Source of the DNA: an uncultured bacterium
GTDB lineage: Bacteria > Patescibacteriota > Kazan-3B-28
NCBI GenBank assembly: GCA_963695435.1
Contig: OY968788.1
Coordinates: 1 to 52,780, forward strand
Length of the DNA: 52,780 bases
Direction of reading: 5' to 3'
The position numbers and the translations under genes were made by a program. Below the pieces are notes generated by a model that worked only from the letters and a program-made list of their open reading frames with translations, had not been told where the DNA came from and ran no database searches. Shown here one piece after another: positions 36,581-44,446 of this stretch; the stretch's first letter is position 1, and every line of letters starts with the position of its first letter.

Positions 36581-37585
36581 TTATCTACTTAGCAGCCGAT
36601 ACACTTTATATAACAGACGATTGATGGGTAGCTCAAGTGTGCCGAGGTATTCAACTTCTTCGCCGCCGAACCCGCGCTTGAAACGGGTGAAGCCGGCCCA
36701 AGGATGTTTTGGATTAGGATTGATGCCCCAGAAATCGTAGTGCTTGAACCCGTGTTCACGAGCATCTTTGATAGTGGCAAACTGAAGAAGGTAGGGTGCC
36801 ATCAGTTCGCGGTAGCGATTGTCAGAAGCACCATGAACATAAGTGGCGGTATCCCCAAAGTAATCTACTAAAATAGCAGCCAATGGTTCATCCCCTCGGC
36901 GAGCTAACCACAACTCCTGCATGCCTTGCGAGTGGAGGGTTTCATACTGTGTCTGGTAATAATTATTGGAGTGTGGTGAGAAGCCTTGTCGGCTAGAGGT
37001 TTCGCGAGTTAGTTGCAGAAATTGGTGCAGGTTTTCGGGGCGGTCAGACTTGGTGACTGTAATATTATGGCGTTCCGCCAAGTGGATATTGTAACGAGTT
37101 TTGGATTTCATCCGATTTAGGAGTTGTTCAACGCTTGGGCTAATATCCAGAATTGACGAATAGCGGGGCTGAATATTTTTCCTGTTTCTAACAAACTTTT
37201 GAACGGCGTAGAATCTCTCGGTGGTGATGTCGGCAACAGTTGCCGGGGGGTCGATTCTAAAGAAAATTGCTTTTTCTTCCTCGCCAATCTTTTTTATTTC
37301 TTCCAGCAATAACGCCGCGCTGGCTTGCGCGGTAGTGAGTGGTTGGGTTTTGTCGATGAGCTGACCGCGGGGGGAGTAGAGGATGGATTGTCCGAACCCA
37401 AGCGATAATTTGATGACCAAAAGTTCGGCGACAATGTCGCTATTGTCTTCAACAACGAGCCGCCAAATTTTGTTTCCTAATTTTTCCTGAAATTCTCCCC
37501 ATGCCCAGCTTTGCAAAAAATGGCCAGTCGAGCGGCTGGTCAAATAGGAGTCCCAAACGGTAGGGGTGGCAACAGCTAATCTCAT
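36581..37585 (-). CDS. FemAB/FemX-family peptidoglycan interpeptide bridge aminoacyltransferase
   Basis: The 334-aa protein has SWAWGEF, TRYNIHLAER, and a C-terminal YDFWGI...GFTRFKRGFGG, as in the FemABX family. Confidence 0.75.
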   Translation of the reverse strand: MRLAVATPTVWDSYLTSRSTGHFLQSWAWGEFQEKLGNKIWRLVVEDNSDIVAELLVIKLSLGFGQSILYSPRGQLIDKTQPLTTAQASAALLLEEIKKIGEEEKAIFFRIDPPATVADITTERFYAVQKFVRNRKNIQPRYSSILDISPSVEQLLNRMKSKTRYNIHLAERHNITVTKSDRPENLHQFLQLTRETSSRQGFSPHSNNYYQTQYETLHSQGMQELWLARRGDEPLAAILVDYFGDTATYVHGASDNRYRELMAPYLLQFATIKDAREHGFKHYDFWGINPNPKHPWAGFTRFKRGFGGEEVEYLGTLELPINRLLYKVYRLLSR

Positions 37586-37631
37586 CCCTAGTAGTTTACC
37601 AAGAAATGCGCTTCAGGACTATTGTTTTTGG

Positions 37632-37640
37632 TGATATAAT
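37632..37640 (+). promoter_or_regulatory. Extended -10 element (TGaTATAAT) only 10 nt upstream of the tsaD ATG
   Basis: tgatataat lies at 37632-37640 and the ATG at 37651. This geometry implies a very short or absent 5' leader. Confidence 0.5.
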
Positions 37641-37650
37641 GCTCTGGTAA

Positions 37651-38628
37651 ATGAAAATTTTAGCTATTGAAACATCTTGTGACGACACAGCGGTGGCGGT
37701 GGTGGAGAACGGCCGGAGGGTGCTGGTCAGCTTAGTGGCCTCGCAGGAAAAGCTTCATGCCCAGTTTGGCGGGGTAGTGCCAGAAGTGGCATCGCGCCAA
37801 CATTTGGAGGCAATTTATCCGCTGGTAGGGTTGGCGCTTGAAAGAACCAAGCTAACTCCCGCAAAGATTGATGCCATTGCGGTAACAACCAACCCCGGGT
37901 TACTCGGGTCTTTGTTGGTGGGAGTGAGCGCAGCAAAAACTTTGGGATATTTGTGGGACAAGCCGGTGGTTGGAGTTAATCATTTGCTCGGGCACATTTA
38001 CGCGGGGTGGTTGGGCGAAGAGAAAATCCAATATCCGCTAGTATCACTAGTGACGAGCGGGGGGCATTCCGAAATTGTGCTGACAAGGGAAGAGGGGGAG
38101 TATAAATATGTAGGTGGCACGCGGGATGACGCGGCGGGCGAAGCGTTTGATAAAGTAGCTCGGCTTTTGAAATTGGGATATCCCGGCGGGCCTTCGGTTG
38201 CACGTGAAGCTTTGGCGGGTAGGCCAAATAAAATGAAATTGCCGAGGCCAATGTTAGATGAAGATAATTTTGATTTCAGTTTTTCGGGGCTTAAAACAGC
38301 AGTGACGAGAGTAAAAGGAAAGACGGCTGATATTGCGTATGAATTTCAAGAAGCGGTGGTGGAGGTTTTGAGTAGGAAGCTTTTTTCTGTGGCGAAAAGG
38401 TATCACGCCAAGACAGTGTTGATTGGGGGAGGGGTGGCGGCTAATAAAAGATTACGAGAAGAAATCACAAAGCTGGCTAGTAAGGCGGGGGTAAAGTTGA
38501 TTATTCCTGAATTCAAGTACTGTACCGACAATGCCGCGATGATTGGGGCGGCAGGGAGCTCGATATATAAGAGTCGCGGTGCCTCCTCGAGATTCAAATG
38601 GTACAATGCGAATGTAGTGACAGATTAA
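37651..38628 (+). CDS. tsaD: tRNA N6-adenosine threonylcarbamoyltransferase TsaD
   Basis: It starts MKILAIETSCDDTAVAVV and contains GHIYAGWL and SGGHSEI motifs. Confidence 0.95.
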   Translation: MKILAIETSCDDTAVAVVENGRRVLVSLVASQEKLHAQFGGVVPEVASRQHLEAIYPLVGLALERTKLTPAKIDAIAVTTNPGLLGSLLVGVSAAKTLGYLWDKPVVGVNHLLGHIYAGWLGEEKIQYPLVSLVTSGGHSEIVLTREEGEYKYVGGTRDDAAGEAFDKVARLLKLGYPGGPSVAREALAGRPNKMKLPRPMLDEDNFDFSFSGLKTAVTRVKGKTADIAYEFQEAVVEVLSRKLFSVAKRYHAKTVLIGGGVAANKRLREEITKLASKAGVKLIIPEFKYCTDNAAMIGAAGSSIYKSRGASSRFKWYNANVVTD

Positions 38629-38632
38629 ACTC

Positions 38633-40747
38633 ATGGACAAATCATTCAATTTTGTTGAGCTAGAGCCGAAAATTTACCGCCTCTGGGAAGAGGCGGGTGC
38701 TTTCATACCCAAAATTGATCCGGACAAAAAACCGTATGTTATTACAATGCCACCGCCTAACGCGTACGATCAGCTGCATATTGGGCATGCGTTGTTTGTG
38801 GCGGTGGAGGATATTATGGTGCGGTATCACAGGCTCAAAGGCGAGCCGACATTATGGTTGCCTGGAGCTGACCATGCGGGGCTGGGGAGCCAAGTATTTT
38901 TCGATAAGCTATTGCAAAAAGAAAGAGGGATTAGCCGATTTGATTTGGGTAGAGAGAAGTTTGTGGAAGAGTTGCACAAACACATGAACGAAACTCGGAA
39001 AATTATGGAGGGGCAGCTTAGAAGTTTGGGCGCCAGCTGTGATTGGACGCGGGAAAAGTTTACGCTTGACTCCGATGTGAGCCAAGCGGTTTATTACACC
39101 TTCAAAAAGATGTACGACGAGGGGCTGATTTACCGTGGAGAGAGAATCGTGAACTGGTGCAGTAAGTGCGCGACTGGACTTTCGGATTTGGAAGTAGAGC
39201 ACAAAGAAATAGAAGGGACCCTTACATATATAAAGTATCCTTTTGCTGACGGTTCTGGGTTTGTGACGGTAGCAACTACTCGTCCCGAGACGATGTTGGG
39301 CGATACGGCTGTGGCGGTGAACCCAAGCGACAAGCGATACAAAGAACTGGTTGGGAAAATGTTGAAACTGCCACTGACGGAAAGAGAAATCCCCATCGTG
39401 GCGGATGAGGCGGTTGATAAAGAGTTTGGGACGGGAGCGGTGAAAGTAACACCGGCTCATGACCCGACTGATTTTGAGATTGCGGGTAGACACAAACTAC
39501 CGCTGATTTTAGTAATAGACGAGCGGGGCAAAATGACAGCAGCAGCGGGCGAGTCTTATGTCGGTATGAAAATAAAGGAAGCACGGGAAAAAGTGCTGGC
39601 CGATTTGCAAGCACTGGGTTTGGTTGAAAAAGAGGTTAAACATACTCATAGTGTGGGACATTGCGAAAAGTGCGGAACGATGTTGGAACCATTTGTGTCT
39701 AAACAGTGGTTTGTAAAAATCGCGCCCCTAGCTCGTCCCGCAATTGAGGCGGTGAAAAAGGGGAAAATCAAATTTATGCCTGAACGGTTCGAGAAGATTT
39801 ACTTCAACTGGATGAACAATATTCGTGATTGGAATATTAGCCGGCAGGTGTGGTGGGGGCATCGGGTACCAGTGTATTACTTGGTGAGCGACAGGGAAAA
39901 GTTTGTTGTGGCGGAGAGCGTGAAAGAGGCGGAGGTGTTGCTGGGTGGTCCGGTGGAGCAAGACCCAGATACTTTGGACACTTGGTTTTCTTCGGCGCTG
40001 TGGCCTTTCACGACCTTGGGCTGGCCAGAAGAGACCCCCGACTTTAAATATTTCTATCCGACAACGATGATGGAGACAGCGTATGATATTATCTTTTTCT
40101 GGGTGGCTCGAATGATAATGATGGGGTTGTATTGTACGGGTAAGGTGCCGTTTGAAACTGTATTTTTCAATGGGCTAGTGAGAGACAACAATGGCCAAAA
40201 AATTTCCAAATCAAAAGGCAACATTATCGATCCGCTGGTAATGGTAGAGAAGTACGGCGCCGATGCTTTGCGGATGGGTCTGATTGTAGGAACGGCCGCG
40301 GGCAATGACACTAATATTTCTGAAGACAAGATTAGGGCGTATCGAAACTTTGCCAACAAGATTTGGAATGCGGCTCGTTTTGTGACACTCAAACAGCCAA
40401 AGGGGAAATCAATTGACGAGGTGAAATTGGATGACCGTGATAAGGAAGTGTTGAAGGAATTTGGGGGAGCAACAACCACCCTTACTAGGATGATGGAGGA
40501 CTATCAATTTGGGCAGGCGGGTGAATTTATTTATGACTATTTCTGGCACACTTTCTGCGACAAAATTATTGAGGAATACAAAGACCAACTGGAAGACGGG
40601 GAGCGACAAGAAGCGGCCGGAGCGGTGCTCCACTACATTCTAAAAAACTCCCTCGTGCTGCTCCATCCGTTTGTACCATTCGCGACCGAATCGGTTTGGC
40701 AGGAGCTTTACGAGGGTCAACTTATTTCGGCTAGTTGGCCTAAATAG
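38633..40747 (+). CDS. valS: Valine--tRNA ligase (short form, 704 aa)
   Basis: It has the class I HIGH region PPPNAYDQLHIGHA and the KMSKS region KISKSKGN, with a CP1 editing insert. There is no C-terminal coiled-coil extension. Confidence 0.85.
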   Translation: MDKSFNFVELEPKIYRLWEEAGAFIPKIDPDKKPYVITMPPPNAYDQLHIGHALFVAVEDIMVRYHRLKGEPTLWLPGADHAGLGSQVFFDKLLQKERGISRFDLGREKFVEELHKHMNETRKIMEGQLRSLGASCDWTREKFTLDSDVSQAVYYTFKKMYDEGLIYRGERIVNWCSKCATGLSDLEVEHKEIEGTLTYIKYPFADGSGFVTVATTRPETMLGDTAVAVNPSDKRYKELVGKMLKLPLTEREIPIVADEAVDKEFGTGAVKVTPAHDPTDFEIAGRHKLPLILVIDERGKMTAAAGESYVGMKIKEAREKVLADLQALGLVEKEVKHTHSVGHCEKCGTMLEPFVSKQWFVKIAPLARPAIEAVKKGKIKFMPERFEKIYFNWMNNIRDWNISRQVWWGHRVPVYYLVSDREKFVVAESVKEAEVLLGGPVEQDPDTLDTWFSSALWPFTTLGWPEETPDFKYFYPTTMMETAYDIIFFWVARMIMMGLYCTGKVPFETVFFNGLVRDNNGQKISKSKGNIIDPLVMVEKYGADALRMGLIVGTAAGNDTNISEDKIRAYRNFANKIWNAARFVTLKQPKGKSIDEVKLDDRDKEVLKEFGGATTTLTRMMEDYQFGQAGEFIYDYFWHTFCDKIIEEYKDQLEDGERQEAAGAVLHYILKNSLVLLHPFVPFATESVWQELYEGQLISASWPK

Positions 40748-41449
40748 CTAGTTGCCGTAGTTGGGGAGGATGTTGGGGAGGCCGTAGATTGTGCCGCCTC
40801 CAGTATTAGGCGTGGCGAATTGAGGTTTTGAAACTTTAACCAACCCGCCGGAAGGGAATTCCATTAGCACCCATTGGGTAGCTTCGGCAACGATCTGGGC
40901 TTGGTAGTTTTTTTGGTAATTAGTGTAAGCATTGGGGTCGCTGATTGGGGGATAGGCAAGGCGGTCTTGCATCCAATTGGTTTCTACCCCAGTTTTTTTA
41001 TCGAAACTCTTGATACTTTCGTTGGGGAAAATCACCAAAATATTAGTGCCCTTGGAATACCACATTCTTCCGCCATCCTGGTAGGCATAATACAAATCAC
41101 TGGCGATGGGAGGGACCAAGTCGGCCAAAATGTCGTTGGTGTTCGTGGGGGTGGTGGGGGTGACGGGGGAGAATTGGGTGCCACCGATTAAGTTTGAAGA
41201 AATGATCGCATCTTTCATTATTCCGCTGGGGTCAGTAGGCCATTTGATATCCAAAAACTTGCCAGTAAAACTGGGGGAGCTGTTGTCTTCTGGTTTTTGT
41301 AGGATCGACAGAATAGTATTTTGCTCTTCGGTGCTAAGACGGCGTTCGGACTGGGCGGGAGAAGCGAGCTTGGTCAACGCTGGAACCGCTTCGGCGACAA
41401 TAAGACCGAAGAAAATCATTGCGATAAAGATGTGACGAAGTTTTGGCAT
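40748..41449 (-). CDS. Secreted or membrane-anchored hypothetical protein (last gene of the T4SS-like operon)
   Basis: It has the N-terminal hydrophobic anchor MPKLRHIFIAMIFFGLIVAEAVPA and lies 54 nt downstream of the PilB-like gene on the same strand. Its stop codon directly abuts the valS stop codon. Confidence 0.5.
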   Translation of the reverse strand: MPKLRHIFIAMIFFGLIVAEAVPALTKLASPAQSERRLSTEEQNTILSILQKPEDNSSPSFTGKFLDIKWPTDPSGIMKDAIISSNLIGGTQFSPVTPTTPTNTNDILADLVPPIASDLYYAYQDGGRMWYSKGTNILVIFPNESIKSFDKKTGVETNWMQDRLAYPPISDPNAYTNYQKNYQAQIVAEATQWVLMEFPSGGLVKVSKPQFATPNTGGGTIYGLPNILPNYGN

Positions 41450-41503
41450 AAAGAAAAGCGGTTAGGTTTTCCGCCCCTTTTCCCCTCCAGCCTGATTATA
41501 TCA

Positions 41504-43159
41504 CTAGACCCCTTCGTCACCGCCGACTGCGCGGAAGAGTTCGTCTAGAGAAGTGGTGCCTTCAATTACTCTAACTAACCCATCTTGGGCAAGGGTTTTC
41601 ATGCCTTGAGCGATAGCCAGTTTTCCAATTTCGCTGGCGCTAGCGTTCTCATTGATCTTGGTTTTGATTTCCGGAGTTGTTCGCAGGACTTCGAAGATAC
41701 CGATACGGCCGCTGTAGCCAGTGCCATTACATTCATCACATTTACCAGCACGGTAAAGTTTTTCAACTGAAGCGTCGGGAGAGATGGCTTTGATTTTCCC
41801 CAATTCTTCGCTTGTTGGCGAATAGGATTCTTTGCATTTGGGGCAAAGTCGGCGAACAAGTCGTTGGGCGATGATCAGACGAAGAGCATCGGAGAATAGT
41901 TTTGGTTGAGCGCCAAGCTCGACAAGCCGGGGGACGGCTCCGGAAGCATCATTGGTGTGTAGGGTAGACAAAACTAAGTGTCCGGTCAGAGAGGCATCCA
42001 CTGCGATTTCAGCAGTTTCTTTGTCGCGAATTTCCCCAACTAAAATAATGTCAGGGTCTTGGCGGACAATGGAGCGCAGAGCATTGGCGAAAGTGTAATC
42101 CTCTTCGTTGTTGACTTGAGTTTGGGTGATGCCTTGAAGGCGGTACTCCACGGGATCTTCGACTGTGATAATTTTAGAATCCGGCTTATTGATAGTATTC
42201 AAAATCGCGTAAAGGGTAGTGGTTTTACCCGAACCGGTAGGACCGGTGTTGAGGATAAGACCATTGGGTTCGCGGATAGCGGTTTCAACCCAAAGTTTTA
42301 CTTCGGGCGAGAAACCGATTTCGTCTAAACTAATGAAATGTCCTTCCTGCGGGAGTAGTCTTAGAACTGCAGACTCGCCGTATTGGGTGGGAAGAATGGA
42401 AACACGAATGTCGTAAGTGGTTTTGGGAGTGCGGATTGAGAAGCGACCGTCTTGCGCACCTTCGGTGATGTTGAGTTTTAGTTGAGCCAACATTTTGATG
42501 CGGTTTATCAGGGGGTCGAGTTGGGTGTTGGGGAGTTCGGCAATGTCTTGGAGGACGCCGTCCAAACGGTAGCGCAGGCGGAGCTTTTCTTTGGTCGGTT
42601 CGATGTGGATGTCGGAAGCATTCATGCCAGCGGCGCCGGCAAATATAGTTTCAGTCAGCTCGCTTGTTGAAGCGGTGGTGAGCACTGCCTGAAGCTCTTT
42701 GATGTTAGTTAGCTTAGAAAATTTTGCTTGCAGTTCGGCGCTGATGTTTATGTCATCAACTTTGGTTTGGGTGGGGGAGAAGGTGTCGTATACTCCCAAT
42801 AAATACTTCATTGTGGAAGGCGACACCAGCACGGGCTTGAACTCGAATTCATCCATTGCGGACAATTTCTTTAGGGCATCGATAGTCTTGGGGTCTTCCG
42901 GGTTGGCGATGGCGAGCGATACTACGGTACCGTCTTTTTCGTAGGCAAAAATGTTGGCAGAATTAGCGAGATCTTTGGAGACAATCCCGACAGCTGAAGG
43001 GTTCGGCTGAAAGCCGGTCAGATTTTGGTAGACAAGGTTTAGCTCTCCAGCTCGCTTCTGGGTGTATTCTTCTTCCTTCTTCCGCTGGAGGTTAGTTACA
43101 AACTGATCCATCGGAGCGTGGTCATCAGAAGGGTTGGGTTGGAGGTTCTGATTAGTCAT
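41504..43159 (-). CDS. GspE/PilB-family secretion ATPase
   Basis: It has Walker A GPTGSGKTTTLYA, the Asp box ITVEDPVE, Walker B DPDIILVGEIRD, the His box TGHLVLSTLHTNDA, and the tetra-Cys motif CPKC...CDEC. Confidence 0.9.
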   Translation of the reverse strand: MTNQNLQPNPSDDHAPMDQFVTNLQRKKEEEYTQKRAGELNLVYQNLTGFQPNPSAVGIVSKDLANSANIFAYEKDGTVVSLAIANPEDPKTIDALKKLSAMDEFEFKPVLVSPSTMKYLLGVYDTFSPTQTKVDDINISAELQAKFSKLTNIKELQAVLTTASTSELTETIFAGAAGMNASDIHIEPTKEKLRLRYRLDGVLQDIAELPNTQLDPLINRIKMLAQLKLNITEGAQDGRFSIRTPKTTYDIRVSILPTQYGESAVLRLLPQEGHFISLDEIGFSPEVKLWVETAIREPNGLILNTGPTGSGKTTTLYAILNTINKPDSKIITVEDPVEYRLQGITQTQVNNEEDYTFANALRSIVRQDPDIILVGEIRDKETAEIAVDASLTGHLVLSTLHTNDASGAVPRLVELGAQPKLFSDALRLIIAQRLVRRLCPKCKESYSPTSEELGKIKAISPDASVEKLYRAGKCDECNGTGYSGRIGIFEVLRTTPEIKTKINENASASEIGKLAIAQGMKTLAQDGLVRVIEGTTSLDELFRAVGGDEGV

Positions 43160-44444
43160 TTTTAGAATTGATTTTAACGGTTGCGGTGTAGGGTTTGCCG
43201 TCCCAGCTGGCTGCCTTCGATTCGTTGGTCAGACTGAAGGGGCCACCTGTCTTTACTTTAGCAGAAAAATAGATTTCGAACCGATTGGTGGCGCGGGTAG
43301 TCTTCAGATTCAGACTGGGGAGCCAAGTATCTTCTAATTTTTCCGGAGTTTGGTGGTTGTCATAGAAAATTTTTCCGCTTCCGGCAACATATTCCAGCCC
43401 CTCTGGCAGGATATCGGAGACGGAGAAGTCTTTGCTGTCACTTTCGAGATTGGTGGTTTCTATAGAAAGGTAGAAGTCTATTTGGTCGGAGGTTTCAGCA
43501 AAAACCTGGGTACTCCAAACATTATCGGCACTGGCGCGACCAAGCACAAAGATATTACAAATAGTACAGTTCGCGGGAGGCTGCTCGGAGTCGTAGGAAT
43601 TTTCGGGGAGGGTAACCCGAACATAGACTTTGTCGGACAAACCATTGAATTGGTTCGGTTCGTAGGCGGTTGCAACATTCTCCCAACTGCCGACTCCTAT
43701 GGTGGTGATAGAGAAATTGATTTCCACGGTTATGTTCGTGTCGCTTGGTCTGACATTGATCACATAGCGCCCGAGCAGGGCGGGGGTTAGTCTAGTTGCG
43801 GTGGAATTGTTGATTTCAATTGTTCCTGTGAAGTCGCGGAAGACATCGGGCAGTTTATCTTCGATGACGAGGGTGTGGTTGCCGCCAAGGTTTTCGGCTT
43901 CCATCCGAATTCGGAATTGGATAGTGCTTCCGACGGGAACGGTTACAAAATGAACTGGCTTACCGCCAACGAGTGCGGTCTTGGAAAGATTATTGATAAC
44001 CAACTTTTGAATAGTCGTGGTGGTCTCGGTTGGTTTTACTGGTGCCAGTCCGCCCTCATTGGGGTTGTTGGGGTTTGTCCCGCGTGTGTTCTCGATTCCG
44101 TCCGAAACACCATCACCATCAGTGTCGGGGTTGGTGGGATCAGTTCCTAAAATAGCTTCTAGATCATCAGAAAGCCCATCCCCATCGTGATCACTTGCGC
44201 CTGTAGGGCGGGGGGTAACATGCGAAGTGGTATTGGGTTGAAAGGTTCCATTTTCTTTATCTTTGGCGAGAGCGACAAGGATAGGATTGATAAGATCGGT
44301 TTGGCGTTCTTCGGCCGTGCGGCTGCCCCAGCGTTCCTCTATCCCAGAAGTCTCCCGAACAAATGTAGCAGCTAGCACCGCGACTAATACCACGATGCCT
44401 ACTGTCCCCCAAAAGGCGACTCCTAAAGCGTTGAAGGAGCGCAT
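43152..44444 (-). CDS. Membrane-anchored surface protein with thrombospondin type-3-like calcium-binding repeats and beta-sandwich repeat region
   Basis: An N-terminal TM helix is followed by DHDGDGLSDDLE and DTDGDGVSDGIE repeats. Two similar beta-rich segments follow (VTVPVGSTIQFRI... and DQIDFYLSIETTNL...). There is an 8-nt overlap with the PilB-like start. Confidence 0.55.
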   Translation of the reverse strand: MRSFNALGVAFWGTVGIVVLVAVLAATFVRETSGIEERWGSRTAEERQTDLINPILVALAKDKENGTFQPNTTSHVTPRPTGASDHDGDGLSDDLEAILGTDPTNPDTDGDGVSDGIENTRGTNPNNPNEGGLAPVKPTETTTTIQKLVINNLSKTALVGGKPVHFVTVPVGSTIQFRIRMEAENLGGNHTLVIEDKLPDVFRDFTGTIEINNSTATRLTPALLGRYVINVRPSDTNITVEINFSITTIGVGSWENVATAYEPNQFNGLSDKVYVRVTLPENSYDSEQPPANCTICNIFVLGRASADNVWSTQVFAETSDQIDFYLSIETTNLESDSKDFSVSDILPEGLEYVAGSGKIFYDNHQTPEKLEDTWLPSLNLKTTRATNRFEIYFSAKVKTGGPFSLTNESKAASWDGKPYTATVKINSKND

Positions 44445-44446
44445 GA

